Of a stretch of DNA of 64,000 nucleotides, positions 32,377 through 43,548 are shown piece after piece. Numbering within the stretch: the stretch's first letter is position 1; each line of letters starts with the position of its first letter. A model generated the notes under the pieces. It was not told the DNA's origin, searched no databases, and was given only the letters and a program-made list of their open reading frames with translations. The DNA lies in NCBI GenBank assembly GCA_035524415.1, contig DATKOY010000178.1:7204-71203 (forward strand), written 5' to 3'. Both the position numbers and the translations under genes were made by a program. The stretch comes from Solirubrobacteraceae bacterium. Its GTDB lineage: Bacteria > Actinomycetota > Thermoleophilia > Solirubrobacterales > Solirubrobacteraceae.

Positions 32377-33369
32377 TCAGCCTCCTTTTCGAGCCTTGAT
32401 CGCGTCGGTCAGCTTCGGCAGGATCTTGTTGAGGTCGCCGACGATCCCGAGGTCGGAGAACTCGAAGATCGGCGCGTTCGCGTCCTTGTTGATCGCGACG
32501 ATGTTCTCCGAGGACTGCATCCCGACCTTGTGCTGGATCGCGCCGGAGATGCCTGCTGCGAGGTACAGCTTCGGCGAGACGGTCTTGCCGGTCTGGCCGA
32601 TCTGTCCGGCGTACGGGAACCAGCCCGCGTCGACGACCGCGCGCGTCGCGGCGACGGCGGTGTTACCGCCGAACGCGGCCGCGAGGTCCTCGCACAGCTG
32701 GAAGCCCTCGGGCTTGCCGAGGCCGCGACCGCCGGCGACGAGGATGTCCGCACCCTCGATGTCGACGTCCGCGCCGCGCTGCTCGCCGCGCTGGACCATC
32801 GTCGCCTTCGTCGACCATGGCTGCAGATCGACGTCGACATCGATGACCTCGGCCGAGGCGCCGTCGCTCTGGCGGATCTCGAACGCGTTGATCCGGCCGA
32901 TGATGATCCCGAGATCGCCCTTGTAGCGGGAGACGGAGATCTTCGAGTCCTGGAGGATCGGCCGCTCGGCGACGAGCTTGCCTGGGTGGGCGGGATCCGA
33001 TTTCACGGCGGTGACCTCCATCGTCACGCCAGCGTGCTTGCGCGCGGCAAGCCCGGCACCGATCTCGAATCCGAGCAGGCCGCCACCGAACAGCGCGTAG
33101 TTCTGCCCGTGATCGTCGATCACCTTGGCCATCACGTCGACGACGGGCTGGGCGAGACCCTCGGGTCCCTTCGCGCGGAAGACCTTGGTCGCGCCGTAGC
33201 CGCCAAGCGACTGGCACAGCGCGTCGGTGAGGTCCTCGCCGCCGACGACGACCGCATGGCACTGGCCACCGACCTCGGCGGCGCGAGCTGCGCCCTCGGA
33301 CACGGCACCGAGCGAGTTCTTGTTGAACTCGCCCTCGTAGTGGAGGACGTAAGTGAGTACATCCGCCAT
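32377..33369 (-). CDS. etfA: Electron transfer flavoprotein alpha subunit
   Basis: AGGRG, TRAVVDAGW, QIGQTGK, GISGAIQH. Confidence 0.95.
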   Translation of the reverse strand: MADVLTYVLHYEGEFNKNSLGAVSEGAARAAEVGGQCHAVVVGGEDLTDALCQSLGGYGATKVFRAKGPEGLAQPVVDVMAKVIDDHGQNYALFGGGLLGFEIGAGLAARKHAGVTMEVTAVKSDPAHPGKLVAERPILQDSKISVSRYKGDLGIIIGRINAFEIRQSDGASAEVIDVDVDLQPWSTKATMVQRGEQRGADVDIEGADILVAGGRGLGKPEGFQLCEDLAAAFGGNTAVAATRAVVDAGWFPYAGQIGQTGKTVSPKLYLAAGISGAIQHKVGMQSSENIVAINKDANAPIFEFSDLGIVGDLNKILPKLTDAIKARKGG

Positions 33370-34161
33370 TTAGATCAGCTTCCTTTCGTCGAGCCAGGCG
33401 ATGATCTTCTCGACCGTCTCGTTCGTGTCCTCGTCCTCGATGATCTGGCCCGCTGACTTCGCCGGCGGGTCGTGGAAGTCGCCGCACTGAACGCGCGACC
33501 CGTCCTCGCCGACGAGCGACGGGTCGATGCCGACGTCGGCGCTGGAGGCGGTTTCGAGCGGCTTCTTCTTCGCGCCCATGATCGCCTTCAGCGACGGGTA
33601 CCGCGGCTCGTTGATCGCGTCGCCGACCGAGATCACGGCCGGCAGCTCAACCTTCACGGTGTCGTAGCCGTACTCCGCCTGGCGCTCGCAGCGCAGCGCG
33701 CCGTCCGCGACGTCCATCTTGATGACCTGGGTCAGCGACGGCATCTTCAGGTGGTCGGCGACGACGGCGCCGATCGTGTAGCACTCGCCGTCGTCGGACT
33801 GCTGACCGAGCAACACGAGGTCGGGCTGCTCCTTCTCGAGCGCCTTCGACAGCGCGTAACCGGTCGCCGCCACATCCGACCCGGCGAGCGCCTCGTCGGT
33901 GACGTGCAGCGAGCGGTCGGCGCCGAGCGAGACGGCCTTGTGCAGCGCACGGACGGCCGACTCAGGGCCCATCGTGACCGCGACGATCTCGTCCACCTGG
34001 ACGGCGCCGCCTTCACGGATCTGCATCGCCGCTTCGATGGCGTGCGTGTCGTACGGATTCAGGTTCTTCTCACCCGATCGGTCCATGCGCCCCGTCGAGG
34101 GATTGATCCGCTTCTCGACGGCGGCGTCCGGGACCTCTTTGACCAGGACGCAAATCTTCAA
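33370..34161 (-). CDS. etfB: Electron transfer flavoprotein beta subunit
   Basis: VLVKEVPD, NPYD, GQQSDD, NEPRYPSL. Confidence 0.95.
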   Translation of the reverse strand: MKICVLVKEVPDAAVEKRINPSTGRMDRSGEKNLNPYDTHAIEAAMQIREGGAVQVDEIVAVTMGPESAVRALHKAVSLGADRSLHVTDEALAGSDVAATGYALSKALEKEQPDLVLLGQQSDDGECYTIGAVVADHLKMPSLTQVIKMDVADGALRCERQAEYGYDTVKVELPAVISVGDAINEPRYPSLKAIMGAKKKPLETASSADVGIDPSLVGEDGSRVQCGDFHDPPAKSAGQIIEDEDTNETVEKIIAWLDERKLI

Positions 34162-34199
34162 GGGGTGGCCTCCTAATCGATGACGGTCGGAAATTGTAC

Positions 34200-34223
34200 C
34201 CGGTTGACTGACGAGTCAATCGG
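34200..34223. promoter_or_regulatory. Palindrome CCGGTTGACT-GACG-AGTCAATCGG, probable repressor operator
   Basis: 10-bp arms with one mismatch, ~40 bp upstream of etfB start. Confidence 0.6.
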
Positions 34224-34274
34224 TTTGCTTGGCACGGGTTCGAGGGTCCGTTCGGTGCGCACAGGACGTCCTGT

Positions 34275-34682
34275 CTAGGCGCGAACGGCCCCGCGGATGA
34301 AGTCGATCGCCTGCTGGGTCGGCGCGCCGGGCGTGAACACCTCCGCGACGCCGAGGCGCTTGAGCTCCTCGATGTCCTCGGAGGGAATCGTCCCGCCGAC
34401 GGTGACGACGACATCGTCAATCTCCTGCTCGTGCAGCAGCTCCATGATCCGCGGCACGAGCGTCATGTGGGCTCCCGACAGAATCGACAGCCCGACGGCA
34501 TCCGCGTCCTCCTGGATCACGGTCTCAACGATCTGCTCGGGCGTCTGGTGGAGACCCGTGTAGATCACCTCCATGCCGGCGTCCCGCAGCGCTCGCGCGA
34601 TGATCTTGGCGCCGCGATCATGCCCGTCGAGGCCGGGCTTCGCGACGACAACGCGAATCTTCTTCTCTGCTGAGGACGACAT
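34275..34682 (-). CDS. Methylmalonyl-CoA/isobutyryl-CoA mutase small subunit (cobalamin-binding)
   Basis: [22 protein letters not shown]. Confidence 0.93.
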   Translation of the reverse strand: MSSSAEKKIRVVVAKPGLDGHDRGAKIIARALRDAGMEVIYTGLHQTPEQIVETVIQEDADAVGLSILSGAHMTLVPRIMELLHEQEIDDVVVTVGGTIPSEDIEELKRLGVAEVFTPGAPTQQAIDFIRGAVRA

Positions 34683-34823
34683 CGGTCGGCGCGCAACCTC
34701 GGGAAGGAAGCGGCTGCGAGGAGGGCAATTGTAGTTGGATCGATCCGTTTTCGATCGCCGCGTGTTAAGAGACGGTGCAGTGCGGCACTTGAGTCCGCGC
34801 CGGAAACGCCGATAGGCTTAGCG

Positions 34824-36614
34824 ATGGGGATGGGAACTTTTCGGACGCTCTTGTTGAGTTTGGTCGTTTTCGCGGTCGTCGCCACGCCCGCGAGCGCGGC
34901 GATCACCGCGTCGGCGATCAGCTCGCCCGCGCCTGACAGCGAGCTGTTCTTCAACGGCGACAACGGGTCCGGCAGCGTCACCGTGCGCGGCAGCGTCACC
35001 GGCGCCACCGCGGGAACGCACGCGAACCTCGTGTGCTACACGCGCGGCGACATGACGGCCACGACCGTCGTCTCCGGGATCGACGTCTCGAGTGGGACGT
35101 TTGCGATCAACGCCTCGCTCGCGCCGATCGCGGGGTTCGCGTGCCGGCTTGCGATGGTGCCGACCGGCATCCCGCCGACCGGGACGCCGGCCGCCCAGTT
35201 CGGCGGCCCAGCGATCAGCGTCACCGATCAGTTCACGCATTCGTCGTCCGGGAACATGTTCGGCTACTACATCCTCGTGGGCACACTGCCGTGGTCGTTT
35301 GCGCTGCAGTCCGCAGGCGAGTGCCCGGTTCATGCCTCGTACGCGACCGACCCCTCGCTCAGCAGTTACTCGGTCTTCGGGCTCGACAGCGGATCGGTCG
35401 GCGCGGCCTGCCTGCCGAAGACCAGCGGCGTCGGCGTCGCCGCAAACACGCGCTCGTCCGTCGAGATCGACGGCCTCAACGCGTACCTGCCCGGAGCGAT
35501 CTCCTCCCTCACGAGCCAGCCCGGCTTCGTCCCGCTCCAGTACGGCACGCTCTGGAACGCCGCCCACGACCTCGTCGGGATCAGCGAGACCGACGCGTTC
35601 ATGATCTGCGACCCGCCCGCCACGTTCCCGCCCACGGGCACGACCTGCCCGTCGTTGCACGACTCGGGCGTTCATCTGCAGCAGACGACGCTGACGCTTC
35701 CCGGCGGCCAGGTCGCGCGGGTCACGCAGAAGTTCATCGACGTCGACGGTCGCGCCCACTCGATCGACGCCTTGTTCGGACAGTCGATCTCGGCCCCGGC
35801 CTCGGGCCAGTCCCCTGGATTCGAGTTCCCCGGCCAGACCTCGTTCGCGACCCACGCCAAGCCCGACTCGTTCACGCAGTTCCCCGCCGGCCCCAGCTCG
35901 ATCATCGTGATCAGCAACGCGGGCGGGCTCCTGCCGGCGACCTCGAACCCGATCGGCGCAATCACCTACAACCGGCCGCCGCAGAGCGCCGACTTCATCA
36001 CCGCCACCGGTGCGCAGACGGCCACGATGCTGATGCACTACACCGACTCGCTGCCGGCGAACGGCACGCTCGTCTACGACTGGTCGTTCTCGCAGGCGTC
36101 GAGCTCGTCGGCACTGGCGACCCTCGAGCAAGTCGAGCGTGACCGTTTTGATGACCCGGCGGTCACGATCCGCAACCCGCCGAACCGCCGCGTGGTCACG
36201 ACTCCGACGGTCCGCGTGCAGGGGAACGTCAGCGACTCCGTCGGCGTCTCGGCACTCAACGTGAACGGCCAGGGCGTGATCGTGCGCCCCGGCGGGATCT
36301 TCGGCGTGACCGTGAACCTGCACCTCGGGCTCAACACGATCATCGCGACCGCGACGAACGTGGCCGGCAACACCGGAAGCACGTCGGTCTCCGTGACCTA
36401 CAAGCTGCCGCCGTGCCGGGTGCCGAAGCTGAACGGCAAGACGCTGCCCGCGGCGCGCCAGATACTCAAGCACGCCGGCTGTGGGCTCGGCAAGCTCTCG
36501 CACGCGAACTCGCGCAAGGTCCGCAAGGGACGCGTAATCTCGAGCAAGCCGCGCGCGGGCAGCACCCAGAAGCGCGGGACGAAGATCAGCCTCGTGATCA
36601 GCCTCGGGCGCTAG
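34824..36614 (+). CDS. Secreted protein with Ig-like region and C-terminal PASTA-like domain
   Basis: Signal peptide ending ASA; CRVPKLNGKTL..AR..L....C.LG...GRVISSKPRAG. Confidence 0.75.
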   Translation: MGMGTFRTLLLSLVVFAVVATPASAAITASAISSPAPDSELFFNGDNGSGSVTVRGSVTGATAGTHANLVCYTRGDMTATTVVSGIDVSSGTFAINASLAPIAGFACRLAMVPTGIPPTGTPAAQFGGPAISVTDQFTHSSSGNMFGYYILVGTLPWSFALQSAGECPVHASYATDPSLSSYSVFGLDSGSVGAACLPKTSGVGVAANTRSSVEIDGLNAYLPGAISSLTSQPGFVPLQYGTLWNAAHDLVGISETDAFMICDPPATFPPTGTTCPSLHDSGVHLQQTTLTLPGGQVARVTQKFIDVDGRAHSIDALFGQSISAPASGQSPGFEFPGQTSFATHAKPDSFTQFPAGPSSIIVISNAGGLLPATSNPIGAITYNRPPQSADFITATGAQTATMLMHYTDSLPANGTLVYDWSFSQASSSSALATLEQVERDRFDDPAVTIRNPPNRRVVTTPTVRVQGNVSDSVGVSALNVNGQGVIVRPGGIFGVTVNLHLGLNTIIATATNVAGNTGSTSVSVTYKLPPCRVPKLNGKTLPAARQILKHAGCGLGKLSHANSRKVRKGRVISSKPRAGSTQKRGTKISLVISLGR

Positions 36615-36632
36615 TCGTCTCCAACGCAGACA

Positions 36633-37529
36633 CTACCGCCGCCCGCGAGGAAGCAGGCGCGATCCTCCCCTTCCCGTCGGGAGGCTGCGCACCGCTCGGC
36701 CGCCGCCGCGGCCTGACTGGTGGCGGCCCCGGCTGCGCGCCGCGAGCGCGGCGCTCCCGACCCCGCCGGCCGCCGCTGCACCGGCGAGCGCCGCCGCCGT
36801 CTTCAACCGCCGCCCGAGCCGGTCGAACCGCAGGATCTGCCAGCCGTTCTGCCGCGCCACCCGTGCGAGCTCGTGGTCGGGATTGACCGCGACGGGGTGG
36901 CCGACGACGCTCAGCATCGGCAGATCCGACTCCGAGTCCGAGTAGGCGTAGGACTCCTGCAGGTCGATTCCCTCGCGGGCGGCGAGCTGCTGGATCGCGA
37001 GCGCCTTCTCGCTGCGGTACACGAACAGGCCGGTCGGCTTGCCGGTGTAGACCCCGTCCCGGACCTCGGAAAAGTCCGAGCCGATCGCGCCGTCCAGCGC
37101 CAGCACCGACGCGAGCATGTCGGCGAGCTCCTGCGAGGCCGCCGTGACGATATACACCCGCCGGCCCTGATCCTGGTGCTCGTGTGCGAGCGCGAGCATC
37201 TGCGGATAGATCCGCGGCAGCACCCCCGCGAGCACGTCGGCGCCGAGGCGTGTCATGTCCTTGACTCGCGTGCCCTCGAGTGACCGCGAGATCCGGTCAC
37301 GCAGCGCGTGCGTGTCGGCGTCGGTGGCACCTCGCAGCCGAAACTGCAGGTTCGCCCACGCGTCGGCGATCAGCTGACGGCGGCGGATCAGCCCCGCTTT
37401 ATACGCAGCCCGCCCGAACTGGAAGGCCGACGAGCCTTCCATCAGGGTGCGGTCGAGGTCGAAGAACGCCGCGCCGTGACCGCCGCTCCGCGCGCCCGCG
37501 ACCGGCGGATTCTGCTCCGCGGCGCTCAG
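36633..37529 (-). CDS. HAD-IB family hydrolase (SerB-like)
   Basis: AAFFDLDRTL, IVTAAS, AYSDSESDLPML, AVNPD; likely CTG start after GGAGGTGA. Confidence 0.85.
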   Translation of the reverse strand: MSAAEQNPPVAGARSGGHGAAFFDLDRTLMEGSSAFQFGRAAYKAGLIRRRQLIADAWANLQFRLRGATDADTHALRDRISRSLEGTRVKDMTRLGADVLAGVLPRIYPQMLALAHEHQDQGRRVYIVTAASQELADMLASVLALDGAIGSDFSEVRDGVYTGKPTGLFVYRSEKALAIQQLAAREGIDLQESYAYSDSESDLPMLSVVGHPVAVNPDHELARVARQNGWQILRFDRLGRRLKTAAALAGAAAAGGVGSAALAARSRGRHQSGRGGGRAVRSLPTGRGGSRLLPRGRR

Positions 37530-38710
37530 CCGCCGTTCACCTCCACGATCACGGCATCGCCCTGGCCGCCGCCCGAGCAGATCGCCGCGCAGCCGAGTCC
37601 GCCGCCGCGGCGGCGCAACTCGAGCACGAGCGAGCCGAGGATCCGTGCGCCCGACGCGCCGATCGGGTGACCGAGCGCCACCGCGCCGCCGTTCACGTTG
37701 ACGCGGTCCTCGTCGATTCCGAGCATCCGCATCGAGTTGAGCGTGACCGACGCGAACGCCTCGTTGATCTCCCACACGTCGATGTCCTCAGCCTTGAGGC
37801 CGGCCTTCTCGAGCGCCTTCTGTGCGGCCTTGGCCGGCGTCCGCGCGAGGTACGGGAAGTCGTCCGCGATCGCCGCCTGCGCGACGATCGTCGCGAGGGC
37901 GCGCTTACCGTTGCGCTTGGCCCACTCGTCGCTGGCGAGCACGATCGCGCCGCCGCCGTCGTTGACACCGGGGGCGTTGCCCGCCGTGTGCGTGCCGTTC
38001 TCCATGAAGATCGGAGGCAGCTTCGCGAGCGCCTCGAGCGTCGTCTCGCGACGCGGGGCCTCGTCGATCTCGACGACGGTGTCGCCCTTCCTGCCCTTGA
38101 TCGTCACCGGCACGATCTCCTCTGGCAGGCGGCCCTCGTCGGTCGCCCTGATCGCGAGCTGGTGCGAACGCAGCGACCACGCATCCATGTCGGCGCGCGT
38201 GAGCTCGAGCTCCTGAGCGACCTCGCTCGCCTCGTGCGCCATGTGCTTGCCGGAGAACGGGTTCGTGAGGCCGTCGTTGATCATCGCGTCGATCGCCTTG
38301 GCATCGCCCATCCGGAAGCCGAAGCGAGCCTGCTTGAGCAGGTACGGAGCGTTTGACATCGACTCCATGCCGCCGCCGACGCCGACCTCGAGGTCCCCGG
38401 CCCGGATCGCCTGGTCGAGCAACCCGGCCGCGCGGATGCCGGAGGCGCACACCTTGTTGATCGTCTCCGAGGAGACCTCCTTCGGAATTCCACCCTTGAT
38501 CTGCGCCTGGCGCGAGGGGATCTGGCCCTGTCCGGCCTGAATCACCTGACCCATGATCACGTGCTGAACCTGCTCGGGGCCGACCTCGGCCCGATCGAGG
38601 GCAGCCCTGATCGCGGTGCCTCCAAGTTCGGTCGCATCAACGCTGGCGAGGGCGCCTCCCAGCTTTCCGATCGGTGTGCGCGCGGAGGACAGGATCACGG
38701 TCTTGGGCAT
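37526..38710 (-). CDS. Acetyl-CoA C-acyltransferase (thiolase)
   Basis: NKVCASG, INEAFA, GHPIGASG, CSGGGQG. Confidence 0.95.
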   Translation of the reverse strand: MPKTVILSSARTPIGKLGGALASVDATELGGTAIRAALDRAEVGPEQVQHVIMGQVIQAGQGQIPSRQAQIKGGIPKEVSSETINKVCASGIRAAGLLDQAIRAGDLEVGVGGGMESMSNAPYLLKQARFGFRMGDAKAIDAMINDGLTNPFSGKHMAHEASEVAQELELTRADMDAWSLRSHQLAIRATDEGRLPEEIVPVTIKGRKGDTVVEIDEAPRRETTLEALAKLPPIFMENGTHTAGNAPGVNDGGGAIVLASDEWAKRNGKRALATIVAQAAIADDFPYLARTPAKAAQKALEKAGLKAEDIDVWEINEAFASVTLNSMRMLGIDEDRVNVNGGAVALGHPIGASGARILGSLVLELRRRGGGLGCAAICSGGGQGDAVIVEVNGG

Positions 38711-38799
38711 CTGTAGAGACTCCGGGTTCGTTTGGGGGCCGGAACAATGCTAGTGACCGTTCACGCGCACCGTTGACGCATTGGTAGGGTCCCGCGCTC

Positions 38800-40242
<1,443 letters not shown>

Positions 40243-40290
40243 CGCTTCACCAGGCTCTCGCGGGCGCCCCGCACCCACCGGCGACCGACC

Positions 40291-40749
40291 TCAGATCCGG
40301 ATGATCCGCAGGAACTGCCGCATCAGCGCGAGCCGCCCGTCGATCCGGACGCGCCCGCCCGCCACCATCCCGAGCGCCGCCCGCCCACGGGTCGTGATCG
40401 GACTCGGAACACCGGCGAGCAGCGGCGCCACCATCAGGCTGATCTGATCGGGCAGCGACCCGTCGACCCGCAGGTCGGGCGCGACGGCCGGTCCGTCCTC
40501 GACGAGCACGAGGCGCTCGCCGAACACGATCCGCACCGGCGGATGCTGATCCTCGAAGGTGAGCTCGACCTCGGCGTTCAGCCTGTGAGCAAGCGCCGGC
40601 CGGTGGCGCACGCCGCGATCGACGATCGCCATGATCGCCGGCGCAAGCCCGCCGTCGATGAGCGCTCCGAGGCGCACGGGCGGCGGGTGATGGCGGCTGG
40701 CGCGTGCGCCCCGCCGGGTCGCGGTCGGCTCGCCGAGCTCGTCGGTCAC
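40291..40749 (-). CDS. Small protein, SCP2 sterol-carrier-like C-terminus
   Basis: ...ALGMVAGGRVRIDGRLAL end; GTG start re-called. Confidence 0.5.
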   Translation of the reverse strand: MTDELGEPTATRRGARASRHHPPPVRLGALIDGGLAPAIMAIVDRGVRHRPALAHRLNAEVELTFEDQHPPVRIVFGERLVLVEDGPAVAPDLRVDGSLPDQISLMVAPLLAGVPSPITTRGRAALGMVAGGRVRIDGRLALMRQFLRIIRI

Positions 40750-40798
40750 TGACCGCGATCGTACGGACGGACCGCCCGAACTGTGACAATGGAGGCCA

Positions 40799-41383
40799 AT
40801 GGGGCGCACACCTGCCTTGCTCACGCTCGTGGCCGCGATCGCCACCATCACGATGTCGGCGACAGCCGCGACCGCGGCCGCGCCGGCCACCCCGGCTGGA
40901 CTCGGCGCCGCCCGCCTCGAGGGTCCGTTCCTGCTGGCCGGCCGCGTCACGCTGGCCAAGCTCGTGCCGGGCGAGCGCGTCGGCCAGCTGGTCTCGCGCA
41001 CATGGACGTTCACCCCGGCATGCGCGACCGGCGCGTGCGACACGATCCGGCTCGTCCGCCAGCGGGAGACGGGCAGCGACCGCGTAACGCTGCACCGCGG
41101 CAAGCCCGGCTACTACGTGGGCAAGGGCACCTTCTTCGCGCCGCTGCGCTGCGCCAAGCGTGTCTACCCGAACGGCGCGGCCGTGCCGTTCACGATCACG
41201 GTCCAGGTGACCGCGGCGCTCCAGACGCCGACGGACCTCGTCGCCAGCCGCGTGAACGCGACCTACGTCAACCTGTCGCGCCGCAACCTGACCCCGTGTG
41301 TCGGCGTCCTCGGCCACGATGCCGCCGTCTACCACGGCCACCTCCTGCTCGGACCCCCGCCGACCGGCGGCGCCGGCGCGTAG
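40799..41383 (+). CDS. Secreted hypothetical protein
   Basis: Signal peptide; RTWTFTPACATGAC; four Cys. Confidence 0.7.
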   Translation: MGRTPALLTLVAAIATITMSATAATAAAPATPAGLGAARLEGPFLLAGRVTLAKLVPGERVGQLVSRTWTFTPACATGACDTIRLVRQRETGSDRVTLHRGKPGYYVGKGTFFAPLRCAKRVYPNGAAVPFTITVQVTAALQTPTDLVASRVNATYVNLSRRNLTPCVGVLGHDAAVYHGHLLLGPPPTGGAGA

Positions 41384-41500
41384 TAACCGCAGATGAGGTG
41401 ATTCCACGGTGGGGTGTCGAGGTCGGCACGTCGTTCGGCGCCCGCTCTCGCCCGCCACTGCACGCGACCCCGGCGGCCACACTCACGCGAACCGAGGCTA

Positions 41501-43036
41501 CTAGCGTCCGATCGCCTGCGGGAAGTTGAAGAAGTGGTGCGGGTCGATGCTGCGCCGGATCGACTGCAGCCGGTTGTAGTTGCGCCCGTAGTAGGCCTGC
41601 TGCCAGCCGCTCAGGCCGGCATCGATGTAGTTCTGGTAGGCCTGCCCGGAGACGTACTTGCGCATCGCGGCGTGCGTCTGCGAGAGCCACGCGCCGCCAC
41701 CGTCATAGCTGAGGTATTGGATGCAGAACAGCTCGTCGCGATGGACGAATGCGGTCGCCGTCGGCGAGACCCGGTTGATCGCGCCGCCGTACGCGTCGAA
41801 CAGGATCGCGCCCGACCCCGGCAGGCTGTTGCGCTGCTCGGCGGCGTGGATCAGCACCGATCGCGCTGCGCTCGGCAGCGGGCGCGACACGTAGTCTGAC
41901 TTCGCCGCGAAGCTCGCGCGTGAGAGCGTGCCACCGGGCCGGGTGCCGACCGTGTGGCAGGCGGTCAAGCCGATCGTCGAGCAGCCTGCCAGTAGCTTCT
42001 GGAGAAGCAGGTACCCGCTGTCGAAGGCGCTCGAGAGCCGTGCGCCGGGGACCGACAGCAGCGGTCCGAGCAGGCCCGGCAGCGCGCTCGAGGGGCCGAG
42101 GTACTGCCCGTTGGCGTTGATGCTGTTGCCCGCGCCGGCGTCGATGTGGAACACCGACGTGATCTTGTCGGTCGTGTGCGGTGCCCACGACTGCCATGCC
42201 GCGATCGCCTGCGACGCGCTCGACCACGGCCATCTGACGTTGAAGTACGCCGCGCTCGAAGGCAGCGGATGGACCTTGAACGTGAACGTCGTGACGACCC
42301 CGAAGTTCCCGCCGCCCCCGCCGCGCAGCGCCCAGAACAGGTCCGGGTTGGAGTTCTTGTTGACGATGCGGATCCGCCCGTCGGCGGTCACGACCTTGAA
42401 GCCGACGACGTTGTCGAGCGTCAACCCGAACGCGCGCGCGGCCAGACCCATCCCGCCGCCAAGCGTGACGCCGGAGACGCCGACCGACGGGCACGAGCCG
42501 GCCGGGATCGTCGCGCCGTGCGCGGCCAGTCCCGCGTAGACGTCGATCAACTGCGCGCCGGCGGAGATCGTGGCGCTGCCGGCACGGCGGTCGACGCTGA
42601 TCGAGCGCAACCCGCTGAGGTCGAGCACGACGCCCCCCGACAGCGTCGAGTACCCGGCGTAGCTGTGCCCACCCGAGCGGGCTCGCATCGGCACGCCCTT
42701 GGCGGCACACCACTGCACCGCCGCCGACACGTCGGCCGAGTCGATCGGGCGCGCCACAGCCTGCGGAACGACCCCGTCGAAGCGCTCGTTGTACACCTTC
42801 GAGACCGCCGAGAACCCCGGCGCCCCGCGCGTGAACACGGGCCCGCGCATCGCCTGCGCCAGCGTGCGCGGCACCCGCGCGACCCGCCTCGCCCGCCCCC
42901 GGCGCACCGTCGCAGCGACCGCCGTCGCTGTCTTCACGGCGTCATCTGCACAGCCGGCCTGCGCCGCGAGCGCGACTGCCGACACCCCCGCTCCCGCCAG
43001 GAATCGTCGGCGGTCGATGCCGTCTCCCGCGCCCAC
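41501..43036 (-). CDS. Tat-exported FAD-linked oxidase (BBE/VAO family), probable lipoprotein
   Basis: DRRRFL Tat motif, AGC lipobox, RSGGHSY and AGSCPSVG (His/Cys FAD attachment), LRGGGGGNFG, YQNYID. Confidence 0.88.
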   Translation of the reverse strand: MGAGDGIDRRRFLAGAGVSAVALAAQAGCADDAVKTATAVAATVRRGRARRVARVPRTLAQAMRGPVFTRGAPGFSAVSKVYNERFDGVVPQAVARPIDSADVSAAVQWCAAKGVPMRARSGGHSYAGYSTLSGGVVLDLSGLRSISVDRRAGSATISAGAQLIDVYAGLAAHGATIPAGSCPSVGVSGVTLGGGMGLAARAFGLTLDNVVGFKVVTADGRIRIVNKNSNPDLFWALRGGGGGNFGVVTTFTFKVHPLPSSAAYFNVRWPWSSASQAIAAWQSWAPHTTDKITSVFHIDAGAGNSINANGQYLGPSSALPGLLGPLLSVPGARLSSAFDSGYLLLQKLLAGCSTIGLTACHTVGTRPGGTLSRASFAAKSDYVSRPLPSAARSVLIHAAEQRNSLPGSGAILFDAYGGAINRVSPTATAFVHRDELFCIQYLSYDGGGAWLSQTHAAMRKYVSGQAYQNYIDAGLSGWQQAYYGRNYNRLQSIRRSIDPHHFFNFPQAIGR

Positions 43037-43095
43037 GAACGGCAGCTTCTCACACCGACCGGCGGACCGCCAGCGGTGCCCGACGCGCGCCCCGC

Positions 43096-43548
43096 CTACC
43101 CGCGCGGCGCGATCCGCAGCGACGCGAGCACGTGATCGACGACCGCGAGCTGGCGCCGGCGGCTCGAGCGCGACCCAGCGAGCACCACGTAGAGGCAGAA
43201 CGGCCGTCCCGCCGCGGTGAAGAAGTGCTGCATCCCGACCTGCCCAGGCCGCGGATGCGCAAGCCCGCGCACCGAGAACCCGGTCGGATCGAGGCGCTTC
43301 GGAATCCGCCGCGGCGCGAACAGCCCGGTGCCGGGCATCAGGCCTGCCCCTGGCCGGTACTCGGCGAGCGCGAGGAACGACGCCCCGGGGTGCATCGCGC
43401 CGGTGCTGCGGTCGCCGAACTCGCCGTCGTGCAGCGCCAGCGGGAAGTTCCCGACGTGCAGGGTCGCGACGTCCCCCTCCCGGCTGAACAGCCGCCCGCT
43501 CCAGCCGGCCGGGAGCGAGACCCGGATCCCGTGCGCATCGAGAATCAC
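43096..43548 (-). CDS. Hypothetical protein, last gene of Mau-like operon
   Basis: GTG start overlaps upstream TGA (GTGA); MILDAHGIRVSLPAGWSG...QHFFTAAGRPFCLYVVL. Confidence 0.7.
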   Translation of the reverse strand: MILDAHGIRVSLPAGWSGRLFSREGDVATLHVGNFPLALHDGEFGDRSTGAMHPGASFLALAEYRPGAGLMPGTGLFAPRRIPKRLDPTGFSVRGLAHPRPGQVGMQHFFTAAGRPFCLYVVLAGSRSSRRRQLAVVDHVLASLRIAPRG

